Part shown: piece after piece, positions 1 through 10,896 of the stretch | How positions within the stretch are numbered: position 1 is the stretch's first letter | Layout of the letters: each line of letters opens with the position of its first letter | Source: Candidatus Saccharimonadales bacterium | GTDB lineage: Bacteria > Patescibacteriota > Saccharimonadia > Saccharimonadales > DATKHC01 | Assembly: GCA_035510465.1 (NCBI GenBank) | Contig: DATKHC010000021.1 | Span: forward strand, 130,876 to 194,875 | Direction of reading: 5' to 3' | DNA length: 64,000 nt | Notes under the pieces: generated by a model | Databases searched by the model: none | The model's input: only the letters and a program-made list of their open reading frames with translations | What the model was told of the DNA's origin: nothing | Translations under genes and position numbers: made by a program

Positions 1-2841
1 CTGACCACCAGTGCCGGCGTTAGTTGAATATTCGTAGTTGCCGCCGCCGCCGCCGGGAGCTTCAGCTAATAATATCGAACCCGTACAAGTTGAGCTCGAA
101 GAACAGATGGCAGACGACCCACCACCACCACCACCACTCTTAGCTGTAGTGTTACCATTACCGCCCGCTCCACCTTTACTGAGACCATATCCACCCGTAC
201 CTCCTGTTCCACCACCAGTAGGGTTATTTCCTTGGCCTCCAACATATATAGTAAGAGTTGACGACGGAGTAACCGAAATTGTACCTTGTACTTCTCCTCC
301 ATATGCACCAACGCTTGAACCAGTGTCAGTAGCACCACCCTGAGCTCCAATTATTTCAATTGTGACTGAGGAAACTCCACTCGGGATATTGCAAGTCTGT
401 GTTGATCCGGTATAAGAAAGATCGCAAGCGCCAGGACCCGTACCCCCCATGATATATAGATAACCATCGTAGGCGACAGAGCCAAAATACTGACGTGCGT
501 TATTAAAAGCTCCTGTGCTAAGCGAAGTTTTATCGGTCCAGGTAGCGCCGATCACCCCCGCTGAATTTACCTGATTATATTGGACATCACTTTTATTACT
601 GCCCGTATATCCTCCCAAGACATAAAAGTAACTGTTATAAGATGTCATGCTCGCTGCCATGCGAGCAGTAGTAATACTTGAGGAGGTCTGCCAGGTACCC
701 AGGGTACCGTCAGAATTGATAGGAGCATACTGAGTATCAGGCTGGTAGGTGGTACAGGTTGGCGTAGTATTACTCACCACGCTACAGCCGCCTGAAATAT
801 AAAGGTAACCATCATAGACAACGCTAGTTTGAAGCACGCGAGAAGTCGTATAGGAATTAGTAAGAGTTGTCCAAGCACCAATAGTATTGGCGTTAATCGT
901 CGCAACTTGAATAGTAGAAGAAGCTAGAGGCAGGCAACCATAACCGCCAGTATTGTAGCTCTGACAACCGCCAAGTGCGTATAAATAGCCATTATAGGCA
1001 ACAGCAGAGCCATCAGCAAAGTTGTTGGCCAGGTCATTGCTGCTGGATGTCCAACTACTCAAGCTACCGTTGGCGTTAATCTGGGTAGATTGTACAGTAT
1101 CGACTGCATCGCTGGGCCAGTCATCGGGCCCGCCCAAGCTGGCACAAAAAAGGCTGCTGTAGCTTCCGCTGTTAGCAAGGTCGCAGCCCCCAACAGCATA
1201 GATATAGCCATTGTAGGCGACAGCAGAGAGATCATCTAATCCCGTTCCGCCCGATAAACCCGATGTCGGGGTCCAACTACCAAGTGCCCCACTAGACAGA
1301 ACTGGAGCGTAAAAAACACTTGATTCCAATGTCGCCGCAGAGGTAGTTTGGCCACCAATAATATAGATATATCCATCGTAGACAACGGTGCCGAAACCAC
1401 TTATGGCAGGGCTAGGATAAGCAGTAGTTGAACACCAATCAGGGCTACCACCACAACCCGGGTTGCTAAGAGCTCCAGTACTTCCTATCTGTGTGTACTC
1501 GATAGTATCATCAGTACCTATAGCGTACATATAACCGTTATAGGCCACAGAGCCAAACGCAGAATAGGCTGTATTCATGGCCCCAGTAGAAGTAGTGGTT
1601 TTATCGGTCCAGCTGCTATTTGCAAGAGTTGCCCCGCTAAGCCCAGATTCGGTAATCTGATTATTAGTACCGTCAAAGGTTATATCTCCGTCATTATTCC
1701 CATTGGTTTGAAAATCGTTAACACTGGTTACCAATACGCTAGGGTCTATGGCAACCGGTCCATTTACGCCCCCCAAGTCACTGGCGGTAAGCGTTAGTAT
1801 ATTTCCCTTAAGCGATAGGCCGGCTTTATGCTGAACTGCGGCCGGCAAAAAACCATCATTATCACTGATAGTTGGTGAGGGAAGCACAAATACCAGATTG
1901 TCTTTGGCGGAGTTTTGTCGAGCTTTTTCTACTTTTTGCTCATCAGCCGGACTACCATAAGTAATATTGCCAAAAAGTGCCGGATCAGCCGAGTATATAC
2001 CAATCGAGCCACCGCTTATCATTCGAGCCTGAAGAGTACTAGGCAATTCAAGTTTATAGCTAAGCTTGACGTCGCCCTTAGGAGCGTGGGCAAAGACAAT
2101 GTCTTCTTGTAAACCATCTCGTTTAACGCTGTAGATGTCCTTGTTAGAGCTAAGATCCATCGGATAGACCATATGCCCATCAACCGGCTTACCTGTAAAG
2201 AGATCAAATTCGGGAACAAGAGTAAATGACAAACGACTACTATCATCATAAGTGGTAATTCCCTGATGAGCGTCGTTCGGCAATTTGACGCTGTAGCCAG
2301 CTTCGTCTGGACCTTCCCCGACCTGAACGCTGTTAGTGGTAGGCGGAGCAGCATTAGCAGATTGATTGAGAGACTGAATCGATGATTTAGCCAAGTAATA
2401 AGCATGAGCTTTAGTATCATAACTAAACTGAGGTAACAGACTTTTGTCAGGCTGGCCGATGAGGGCTTGTACGGCTACCGGTAAATTATAGCTGCGGGAT
2501 ACTAAGCTTCTATAATAACTAATTGCTCCGAATACTATGGCCACTACAGCTATAACACTAAGACTATACATGGCCCATTTGACTCGTCGTCGACCAAGCC
2601 GATCAACTATCTTATTTAGCCAAATTCCGATTTTACGAACAGGAGATCCCAACCATCTAACAAACGGACTTATAACAAACCCAGTTACCTTAAAAGGCGG
2701 TTTGAGCAGCCTTATGAGGTAACTAAGTAAGGGCCTAAAAACTAGCTTAGTCAAACGAGCTACTGGCCTCATAATTATAAGCAGACTTCTTACGACAAAG
2801 CGTTTAACTCTCCTTATTTTTATCTTAGTCACCCAAAGCAT
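1..2841 (-). CDS. Large Kelch/beta-propeller-repeat, glycine-rich cell-surface protein (3' end runs off the window start)
   Basis: Absent from the ORF track because it is open to the window edge. My translation of the minus strand (frame of codon 1..3) is stop-free from ATG 2841 (alternative ATG 2772) to base 1. It has an N-terminal TM segment (KWAMYSLSVIAVVAIVFGAI), many Y-x-G-Y-x-Y-x-x-GG type repeats and a C-terminal Gly-rich block (IEIIGAQGG..VGGQGNNPTGGGTGG..). Confidence 0.75.
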   Translation of the reverse strand, partial: MLWVTKIKIRRVKRFVVRSLLIIMRPVARLTKLVFRPLLSYLIRLLKPPFKVTGFVISPFVRWLGSPVRKIGIWLNKIVDRLGRRRVKWAMYSLSVIAVVAIVFGAISYYRSLVSRSYNLPVAVQALIGQPDKSLLPQFSYDTKAHAYYLAKSSIQSLNQSANAAPPTTNSVQVGEGPDEAGYSVKLPNDAHQGITTYDDSSRLSFTLVPEFDLFTGKPVDGHMVYPMDLSSNKDIYSVKRDGLQEDIVFAHAPKGDVKLSYKLELPSTLQARMISGGSIGIYSADPALFGNITYGSPADEQKVEKARQNSAKDNLVFVLPSPTISDNDGFLPAAVQHKAGLSLKGNILTLTASDLGGVNGPVAIDPSVLVTSVNDFQTNGNNDGDITFDGTNNQITESGLSGATLANSSWTDKTTTSTGAMNTAYSAFGSVAYNGYMYAIGTDDTIEYTQIGSTGALSNPGCGGSPDWCSTTAYPSPAISGFGTVVYDGYIYIIGGQTTSAATLESSVFYAPVLSSGALGSWTPTSGLSGGTGLDDLSAVAYNGYIYAVGGCDLANSGSYSSLFCASLGGPDDWPSDAVDTVQSTQINANGSLSSWTSSSNDLANNFADGSAVAYNGYLYALGGCQSYNTGGYGCLPLASSTIQVATINANTIGAWTTLTNSYTTSRVLQTSVVYDGYLYISGGCSVVSNTTPTCTTYQPDTQYAPINSDGTLGTWQTSSSITTARMAASMTSYNSYFYVLGGYTGSNKSDVQYNQVNSAGVIGATWTDKTSLSTGAFNNARQYFGSVAYDGYLYIMGGTGPGACDLSYTGSTQTCNIPSGVSSVTIEIIGAQGGATDTGSSVGAYGGEVQGTISVTPSSTLTIYVGGQGNNPTGGGTGGTGGYGLSKGGAGGNGNTTAKSGGGGGGSSAICSSSSTCTGSILLAEAPGGGGGNYEYSTNAGTGGQ

Positions 2842-2882
2842 TAGTTTAATTATATCTTACCGCTTTAGAATTACTATGTATC

Positions 2883-3093
2883 TTATGGTGAACACGATTT
2901 TTAGCTTTGATAAAATGTAAAATTCTTAAAAATCTCTATGATGCGCGGGGCGGGATTTACCTGGAAATCTCTATACACCAGTTTAATAGATTTAAGCGAA
3001 AAACTAGAGGAACTTGGGCTAGTGGAGGTTGGCGGGAAAACAGTATTGATTGAGGATAATATTTCATACGCAAACTTCGAGCAAGGCTAATGA
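2883..3093 (+). repeat. Relic att junction U1: remnant of an LSR 3' end, tRNA-Leu core, and an orphan recombinase tail ORF (2938..3090, 50 aa)
   Basis: 2893-2941 aligns with the last ~50 nt of LSR 15411..17138 (atttttagc..aaaaatctct). 2942-2955 is identical to tRNA-Leu 17089-17102. It continues in the recombinase frame as MMRGAG-FTWKSLYTSLIDLSEKLEELGLVEVGGKTVLIEDNISYANFEQG*. Confidence 0.6.
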
Positions 3094-3160
3094 CCCCTCT
3101 TTTGCATGGCATTCCAAAAAGGTTCTTGACTACTGCCTACATTTTATGTAAACTGTAGGC

Positions 3161-3412
3161 ATGAACAACATACAATATACTATACGTAACGTGCCTGAGG
3201 ATGTAGATAACTCTTTGCGCTTGCGTGCCAAAAAGAATAAACAAAGTTTCAATGCTACGCTTGTGCAGGCTCTTAAACAATCCACAATTAAAGGCATTAA
3301 ACAACCACCAAGTGACTTAGGCTGGTTCTATGGCAGTGGTGGGATCGGAAAAGCTGAGCTTGATACATTCGCTGAGCAGAGGGTGATTGATAAGCGGCTC
3401 TGGGGTTTATAG
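3161..3412 (+). CDS. Putative antitoxin of a type II TA pair (small DNA-binding protein)
   Basis: 83-aa ORF that abuts the PIN gene (stop 3410-3412, next ATG 3413). The N-terminus RNVPEDVDNSLRLRAKK looks like an RHH/FitA-type antitoxin. Assignment is mainly by position. Confidence 0.6.
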   Translation: MNNIQYTIRNVPEDVDNSLRLRAKKNKQSFNATLVQALKQSTIKGIKQPPSDLGWFYGSGGIGKAELDTFAEQRVIDKRLWGL

Positions 3413-3805
3413 ATGAAGATCGCCATTGATACAAATGTCTATTCAGACTTGCAGATTGGTAAAGCTACCCAACTAATGCCAGCCATTAATGGTGCAGAGT
3501 TGCTGATATTGCCGTTTGTCGTCGATGCAGAGTTACGTGCTGGCTTTAAAAAAGGCCAAAATGAAAAAAAGAATTATGAAAAATTACAAAAATTCCAATC
3601 GCTTGATCGCGTATCGGTATTATGGCCAGATGAAGAAACTGACGAGTTATACGCCAAAATTTGGGTAGAGCTGTCCACTCAAGGCAAGCCCATTCCGACT
3701 AACGACGTTTGGATTGCAGCTATATGCTTACAACATAACCTAACACTCGCAACATCTGATGCTCATTTTAATTACGTGCCGCTCCTACGCAAATTACTCC
3801 CTTAA
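3413..3805 (+). CDS. vapC: PIN-domain toxin (VapC family ribonuclease)
   Basis: 130 aa with PIN-like acidic positions (KIAIDTNV.., ..LATSDAHF). Coupled to the upstream small ORF. Confidence 0.75.
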   Translation: MKIAIDTNVYSDLQIGKATQLMPAINGAELLILPFVVDAELRAGFKKGQNEKKNYEKLQKFQSLDRVSVLWPDEETDELYAKIWVELSTQGKPIPTNDVWIAAICLQHNLTLATSDAHFNYVPLLRKLLP

Positions 3806-3854
3806 AGGTATGGCATTCAGACCTCAGCCTTTCCCCGGTAACAGTTATATAGCC

Positions 3855-4008
3855 AACTATTTTAGTCTTGGTGCGCAGCACGAGGGTTACCTGGAAAACC
3901 CTTTATCCCAGTTTAATACATTTAGATGAGAAATTAGAAGAACTTGGACTTGTAGAGGTTGATGGGAAGATCATCCTAATCGAGGATGAGGAGAAAGACT
4001 ATGCGTAG
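3855..4008 (+). repeat. Relic att junction U2: degenerate tRNA-Leu core plus a second copy of the recombinase tail
   Basis: tttagtcttggtgcgcagcacgaggg resembles the LSR end plus the tRNA-Leu 3' end. In frame it reads LVRSTRV-TWKTLYPSLIHLDEKLEELGLVEVDGKIILIEDEEKDYA*. Over 34 codons aligned to U1, I count 11 synonymous and 8 non-synonymous differences. Confidence 0.6.
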
Positions 4009-4486
4009 GTTGCTAAACTTTCGTAAAGTTAATGCTTCGGTCTTACTAAAATCCAAGCTGTACGATGAAACCCACTTCTATGACGCCTTCACCAAAGACC
4101 TTAAACACGCAAAACAAGAAGTCATCATAGAATCCCCCTATTTAACCTGCAAGCGAGCCAATGAACTAGCTCCAGTGTTCCGTAAATTAATAAGAAAAGG
4201 CGTTCGGGTACACGTTAACACCCGTAATCCAAACCATCATGATAAGTATCTGCGTATCCAAGCCTGGATAGCTCTCAAGAAGTTAAAGGACTCGGGAGTA
4301 AAAGTAAGGTTATATAACGATATGCGTCATAGAAAATTAGCCATATTAGACAATACTATTCTCTGGGAAGGCAGTCTTAATGTTCTTTCACAGAATAATA
4401 GTAGAGAGGTTATGCGGCGTACAGAGTCGAAAGAATTATGTAGACAAATGATCAGCTTTGCAAAGCTCAAAAGGTGGTATTGGTGA
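3986..4486 (+). CDS. PLD-family (Nuc-like) nuclease/phosphodiesterase
   Basis: 166 aa with a single HxKxxxxD motif (HRKLAILDNTILWEGSLN). The true start may be ATG 4001, because the 5' end overlaps relic tail U2. Confidence 0.7.
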   Translation: MRRKTMRRLLNFRKVNASVLLKSKLYDETHFYDAFTKDLKHAKQEVIIESPYLTCKRANELAPVFRKLIRKGVRVHVNTRNPNHHDKYLRIQAWIALKKLKDSGVKVRLYNDMRHRKLAILDNTILWEGSLNVLSQNNSREVMRRTESKELCRQMISFAKLKRWYW

Positions 4487-4725
4487 TATACTCGAGATTA
4501 TCTATGAACGGATATGAACTAAACGACAAAGACACCCAAGCTATGGTTCGGTGGCTAAAGATATTCCATCCAGAAAATGCTAACGAAGCTTTTGCAAAGG
4601 CCATGCTTATAAGTATGCAGCTTAACTATAGACAGATGGGCTGGGACGACCCCGACAAGTTAGAGGACCACTACCGCGAATATACTGGCAAAGAATACCA
4701 CGACGACAAAACATCTGATAAATAA
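4474..4725 (+). CDS. Hypothetical small protein
   Basis: ORF overlapping the PLD gene stop. The start is uncertain (GTG 4474/4483 or ATG 4504). No recognisable motif. Confidence 0.4.
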   Translation: MVLVIYSRLSMNGYELNDKDTQAMVRWLKIFHPENANEAFAKAMLISMQLNYRQMGWDDPDKLEDHYREYTGKEYHDDKTSDK

Positions 4726-4769
4726 GCAACCCAAAATAACTACTTCGAAAAACAATGCTGCCGTCACCG

Positions 4770-4872
4770 CTGCAGGACGGACACGCAGATTACGATTGTC
4801 ATTGTCAGGATGATTGACATTCCTGTTGACCTTGCCGTCATTGACATTGCGAATCTGAACGTTGCCGGCCGC
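4770..4872 (-). repeat. DGR template repeat (TR)
   Basis: 103-bp repeat of 5124..5226. All 17 mismatches are at plus-strand T (A in the minus sense). In minus sense it is rich in AAC/AAT codons (NVQIRNVNDGKVNRNVNHPDNDNRN). Confidence 0.9.
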
Positions 4873-5109
4873 CCTTACCTACGCGGTAATCCTGGCACAT
4901 CAACTGAACATGGTCAATCGAGCGCACTATTATTTCAGACACTAAACGTGCCTTACCTCGTAGAACTCCAGTGGTGTTGATTTATAGATCGACCGCCGGA
5001 GTTCATTGGCCTGGGTAGAATACTACCTTCCAATTACTCACTGTTGACGATACTGACCAAAACTAAAATACAAAAGAATCAAAAAAGAGTCAAAGGTTCA
5101 AAGACAAAA

Positions 5110-5943
5110 CTATTCAATTACCACTGCAGGACGGACACGCAGACCACGATAGTCATCGTCAGGAAGATCGACACTCCCGCGGACCCCGCCGCCATAGACA
5201 TAGCGAACCTGAACGTAGCCGGCCGCTGTTAGCGGTTCGCCGGTTAACATAGTCCATGTCCATAGGTCATTGTTTTCTTTTGCAGCTTCTTGACTATCAG
5301 GAAGAGTACTACCTTCCTGAGCTTTAGCATCAGCTACTAGTGCGTCGTAGGCAGCATCTGTCATGCCTTCTCGAGTGTCATAGGTAATCCCGCCAACTTG
5401 TACGTTGAACAAGTCATTGTTTTTCTTAGCCATAACGCTATTGTAGCTTCGAGCTTTATCAAAATCCTTGGTTGGGTTACCAATATCAACACCGTTACCA
5501 GTATGAACAAGTGTAAAGACTTTTTTGCCCTCTTCTGTTTCGTGCTGTACTACACGCAAACTCTCAGAAGTAACACCGTGAGCCTGAAAACGCTCAGCTA
5601 TAACCTTGCGAGCTTCACTGGCTTTGACTTTTTGTTCAAGACTCATAGCGTTCCAGACAGTTTCGCTGGCAAAGTATTCAAATTCTGTTGGAATAGAAGT
5701 TTCAAAAGCACCTCGTCCGGGCATCAGTGCTTCAGCAGCAGATTCGTACAAACGAAAGCCTTGATCCGCCTGGGCAAAGGCTGCTTTCAGCCCCTTTACT
5801 TCACTACCAATAGCAGCTTCGGCTATTTTTGTAGCTGCTTTGTGTCGTTCATTGAAAGCATCATTAGCTTGGTTAGCAAGTTGCCATGCATTGTTATAAT
5901 CGGTTTCTTGCTGAGGTGTAAGTTGTTCCATAGTTTCTCTCAT
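5110..5943 (-). CDS. DGR target (variable) protein with C-terminal VR
   Basis: 277 aa. The last ~35 codons are the VR (..AAGYVQVRYVYGGGVRGSVDLPDDDYRGLRVRPAVVIE*). The ..GLRVRP ending resembles the GFRxx end of C-type-lectin-fold DGR targets. I saw no signal peptide. Confidence 0.85.
   Translation of the reverse strand: MRETMEQLTPQQETDYNNAWQLANQANDAFNERHKAATKIAEAAIGSEVKGLKAAFAQADQGFRLYESAAEALMPGRGAFETSIPTEFEYFASETVWNAMSLEQKVKASEARKVIAERFQAHGVTSESLRVVQHETEEGKKVFTLVHTGNGVDIGNPTKDFDKARSYNSVMAKKNNDLFNVQVGGITYDTREGMTDAAYDALVADAKAQEGSTLPDSQEAAKENNDLWTWTMLTGEPLTAAGYVQVRYVYGGGVRGSVDLPDDDYRGLRVRPAVVIE
5124..5226 (-). repeat. DGR variable repeat (VR)
   Basis: Matches the TR except at 17 TR-adenine positions. 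The invariant GC-rich end (ctgcaggacggacacgcag, 5124-5142) is a candidate IMH-like segment. Confidence 0.9.
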
Positions 5944-5974
5944 CTAAACTTTTATGTATGATATTTTAACACTC

Positions 5975-7036
<1,062 letters not shown>

Positions 7037-7359
7037 TGTCGAGAAAACCTATCAAATATACAAACGTTTGGTTGTTATTGACGCTAGTCTCCCTGATAAG
7101 CATAGACCCATAGGTGAGCAAACTCAGCGCACCATGAATGACTTGCTCCAGCTTTTTTTCATAGCTCAACACGCCCCCAAGGTTCACAAAGGGGCATACC
7201 TACTAAAAGCCCAAGCTCAACTAGAAGTTTTAAATTTGCAGCTAAGGTTATACCTAGATCTTAAGCTTGCCAATGAAACCAAGCTTTTCCAATTACTGGC
7301 CGACTTACAAGAAGTCGGTAGAATGCTTGGTGGTTGGCTGAAAGCTAGTACTTAAAGCC

Positions 7360-8961
7360 TTAGATTTCTAACAGATCGGTCTTGTCCATAGTTAGACCAA
7401 TAACTGCTTGGGCTAATCTTGGATGGTCAATCTTAGGCTGTAGCTCAACGCCAAGTACCCTAACATCATGCACTTTAGTGGGGCCAAAGTTACCAATGAC
7501 CGTAACTGCGTTAGTGTCGTCTATTCGTACTTTGTTAAATAAAGCTTGATTAAGACAGCGCCTTAGCAGTGGATGGGCATTTAAATAGGCCTTTTCAAGA
7601 TTTAAGGTACTTGCTAGATTAACCGCTGCTTGGTAACTTCGTTTTGCGAAAGCACGAGCCCTAGTTGCATCACTAACTACCTCTTTGAGTAAACCTATCT
7701 CTTTATTGACACGCTTTTGCTCAATACCCAACATTTCACTGGATATTTCATCATCATAGAAGGCCTGCAAAATACGCTGGCGCTCCATGATTAGACGGCT
7801 AAGGCGCTTTTCCTGTCTAGTAAGTTCGGCTTTGCCGTTTGTGACCTCATATCGAAGCTGCGCTCGAACCTCTCGTTGCAAAGCAGCACGATCAGCTGAA
7901 GTAAGCTTTGTATTACTAAATTGTTTAGCAACTGCTTCCTCTACTAAGGCTGCCGGAATATAAAGCTGTGTACATTGCTGACCTTGCTGACGACTCAGAC
8001 AATAGAAGTAGGGATAGGCATTTTTATAGCGGTTTATAGTCAGCGTAAATGACATCCTTCGTCCACACTGGCCACAGAAAAGTGTGCCCAATAGGTAATG
8101 ATCGTGGGCTCTTTTTCTAATACCAGCTCGGCGACTATCACTCATGGCTTGAACATTGGCAAAAACAGCTGCAGAGACTAGCGGTTTATGCCTACCTCGA
8201 TACTCGATGCCACAATATTTTACATAACCGGCGTAGTAACGGTTATGGAGCATCTTGGCTATGCCAGATCGACCAATAGGCTTAGACATTGAAGTGCCTG
8301 TACGACGATTACGAAAGCCACGTTTATATAGTTCTTCAGTTATAGTTTTGACACTGTGATCGCCAGTCGCATAACGCTTGAAAGCCCAGGTAATGAGCGC
8401 AGATCGCTCAATATCTATGACAACTGTACGAGCTTCTCGTTCGTTGATTTGTCGACTTACATTAATATAACCAAGCGGTGCACGGTACGGTGTACCACCC
8501 CTTTTAGCTTTTTGAGTTGCACCTTTCAATGCTTCAGCTGCAAGATTACGGCTATAGAACTCGGCAATCGTTGCCATAATTCCATGGAGCAATTTCCCTG
8601 ACGGGGTTTCGTCAATGTTTTCAGTGACCGATACTAGCTGTGCTCCAGCTTTCTGAATAGCCAAGCCAATCATGACATCATCATGTAAGCTTCTCGCTAG
8701 ACGATCTACCTTATGGACAATGATGTAGTCAATTTCTTTCTTGCGATCACGTAGATCATTAAGTAGTCGCTGCAACTCCGGACGATCTGCTGACCTGGCT
8801 GATTCACCTCGGTCAACATACTCGTCAATTACGGTTGACTTTAAACTCTTGGCCTTGCGTTTGCAGGCCTCCCTCTGTGCAGGTATAGAAAAGCCTTCTG
8901 GCTGATCTCCCCGTATTGCTTGATCGAGTGTTGAAACTCGAATATATAATATTGCGTTCAT
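7360..8961 (-). CDS. Large serine recombinase (inverted relative to the other four)
   Basis: 533 aa. N-terminal resolvase motif ILYIRVSTLDQ, recombinase domain, Cys-rich zinc-ribbon region (CGQCGRRM..YYCLSRQQGQQC) and a coiled-coil region. Confidence 0.9.
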   Translation of the reverse strand: MNAILYIRVSTLDQAIRGDQPEGFSIPAQREACKRKAKSLKSTVIDEYVDRGESARSADRPELQRLLNDLRDRKKEIDYIIVHKVDRLARSLHDDVMIGLAIQKAGAQLVSVTENIDETPSGKLLHGIMATIAEFYSRNLAAEALKGATQKAKRGGTPYRAPLGYINVSRQINEREARTVVIDIERSALITWAFKRYATGDHSVKTITEELYKRGFRNRRTGTSMSKPIGRSGIAKMLHNRYYAGYVKYCGIEYRGRHKPLVSAAVFANVQAMSDSRRAGIRKRAHDHYLLGTLFCGQCGRRMSFTLTINRYKNAYPYFYCLSRQQGQQCTQLYIPAALVEEAVAKQFSNTKLTSADRAALQREVRAQLRYEVTNGKAELTRQEKRLSRLIMERQRILQAFYDDEISSEMLGIEQKRVNKEIGLLKEVVSDATRARAFAKRSYQAAVNLASTLNLEKAYLNAHPLLRRCLNQALFNKVRIDDTNAVTVIGNFGPTKVHDVRVLGVELQPKIDHPRLAQAVIGLTMDKTDLLEI

Positions 8962-9103
8962 ACGAACCTCCCTTATTTAATTAGTAAGGGCATGGTGAAC
9001 GCTAGGTAAGGGTTAAGTAAAGTTAATCGTAGTTTATTTCAGCCAAGCCTAAGAATTACGAAGGAGACATAGGCTCCTCCTATTGCTCTGTTACAATTTA
9101 TAC

Positions 9104-9409
9104 ATGTTACGTAAGTGGGCAAGAAGAGACATAAAAATACTTATAGCAAGTTTTTTACTCTTTTGGCTTGGTCAAGGTATTGCGCACATCCCTTTAATCA
9201 TTTCTCGAAATAGTGATAGTGGTTGCATTTCAAATTTGGCGGCATGTACGCTCAGGAGAGATATAACTCTTGTCGATATTGGAGAAGTAGTTGTATATAT
9301 AGCCCTCTTACTATTTTTCATAGGAACCCTCGTACTTCTAGTATTGGCGATAATTTGGGCATATAAAAAGTTAATACACCATAAACGTAAACACACCAAA
9401 GCTTCTTAG
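9104..9409 (+). CDS. Small membrane protein
   Basis: Two hydrophobic segments (ILIASFLLFWLGQGIA; VVYIALLLFFIGTLVLLVLAIIW). The track starts at TTG 9083; ATG 9104 is preferred. Confidence 0.45.
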   Translation: MLRKWARRDIKILIASFLLFWLGQGIAHIPLIISRNSDSGCISNLAACTLRRDITLVDIGEVVVYIALLLFFIGTLVLLVLAIIWAYKKLIHHKRKHTKAS

Positions 9410-9497
9410 GGGAAGTTTGGACAATAAGGCTCGATTATCTGTCGTTGCACATCGACTACAGTTATGTCATAGTATAGTTTAGTAACTGCGTCTTTAG

Positions 9498-10820
9498 GTG
9501 GTTATCATTGCGCTTTTATACTTAGCTATGTCAACAAATCAAACTGAAGCACTTACACCTCCCCACCTATACGATGTAATAGCAGCGGCAGGTAACCACG
9601 AAGTAAAAGCCGCGACCCTTGCTGCTATGGAACCTGACACTGCTTATACTATGACGCCAATATATAACGAAGTTATGGCGCTGCAGGGCAGAAACCCAGA
9701 ATGGAAACTTCACAAAAGAACACCTCATGATTTTTGTAGTAAGTTCGCTTCTATTGGCGGTTTTGCCGAGTTGGTGACCACGGAAAGTGGTGCTACTGCT
9801 TACAGAACTCTGGATGAGGCAGAGAGGCTCGTTCTTCCTTTAGTAGGACAGCTAGTTGGTGTATCTCTAAACGAAGATCCTTCATTGGTGGCATTTTTTG
9901 GTCCTACCCAGACAAATTCAGAGAGAGGGATAAGACCATGCGAACGACGAATCGGGTTAATGGAACTGCTACGTCAAAGTGAGGGTCATGAAGTCAGTAC
10001 GGCTGTTTTGAGCGATAGGTTAGAGTTGGCAACAGCTCATGCCGGTAACATTATTGGCGATTTAGTTGTTAATAATATAGTGAGTAGCGAGGCTAGTGGA
10101 CGAGGCAAACCAACTATTAGCTATAGCCCCGAAAAAGGATTTGAAGGTCTATCAGTCGATCCAAGTCAAGCCAGCGAACTTTTAATAGATATAGTGAATT
10201 TTTTACAAACCTATTTCCATTGTTACCCAGATAGTTCTATTTACAACGAAACAATTGCCCAAGCGCTTATTGATTCAGGACAATACGACGAGCCTTTAAC
10301 TCCTCTCATTAGAGAAGTAAGCGCTAAAACAAACTACTTGGAAAATATGAGAAAAGCCCTAAAAGCCAAGCGAGATATTGATACAGATAATGCTCGTGAA
10401 GTTATTTGGGCAACAGAAACCCAACTGGAAGTTATTAACTCTGTGCTGGATGTTGTAGAAGGGATTCAAAACCCAAGTGACGATTATTTAGACCAAGGGC
10501 TAGAAAACGTTGCCAGAATTAAAAAAGATCCTAAGCTTGTGAAGTATCTCATGCATAAAGCTAAAAGAGACTCGATAGGTCTAAAACGTTCAGGCAAAGA
10601 GCAACAAGCGATACGCACTGCTATTCAGGCAGTGATAGAAAGTTCACCTGTACCTTTATCTAAGACAGAGGTCTGGCAAGCTCTCTTGGATTCCGGCGTA
10701 ATTCTAGACGTAATTTCTGTTTACCAACACCTAAACGAAGCTTTAGACCTAGGCAATATTGCGATGAGTGAGACCAGACAGGGCTATAAATATTCGGACG
10801 TAGGTGCTGGAGACCAGTAG
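9498..10820 (+). CDS. Hypothetical protein
   Basis: 440-aa ORF with no overlapping competitor. The start may be ATG 9528. No motif recognised. Confidence 0.6.
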   Translation: MVIIALLYLAMSTNQTEALTPPHLYDVIAAAGNHEVKAATLAAMEPDTAYTMTPIYNEVMALQGRNPEWKLHKRTPHDFCSKFASIGGFAELVTTESGATAYRTLDEAERLVLPLVGQLVGVSLNEDPSLVAFFGPTQTNSERGIRPCERRIGLMELLRQSEGHEVSTAVLSDRLELATAHAGNIIGDLVVNNIVSSEASGRGKPTISYSPEKGFEGLSVDPSQASELLIDIVNFLQTYFHCYPDSSIYNETIAQALIDSGQYDEPLTPLIREVSAKTNYLENMRKALKAKRDIDTDNAREVIWATETQLEVINSVLDVVEGIQNPSDDYLDQGLENVARIKKDPKLVKYLMHKAKRDSIGLKRSGKEQQAIRTAIQAVIESSPVPLSKTEVWQALLDSGVILDVISVYQHLNEALDLGNIAMSETRQGYKYSDVGAGDQ

Positions 10821-10896
10821 TTTCGAATTAATCTCAATTCCCAGCCAAATTGGTTATGGTTTACATTTTTGGTCTATACCCCGACAATAAGCTAGC

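Noticed and set aside
38-350. Track ORFs 38..343 (+, proline-rich) and 66..350 (-)
   Set aside because: They are off-frame or antisense shadows of the Gly-rich (GGN codon) end of the large edge-truncated minus-strand gene 1..2841, whose frame is open throughout.
5398-5961. 187-aa plus-strand ORF
   Set aside because: It is antisense to the DGR target gene, whose frame is validated by the VR/TR relationship. Its composition is low-complexity and Cys/Phe-rich, which is typical of a shadow ORF.
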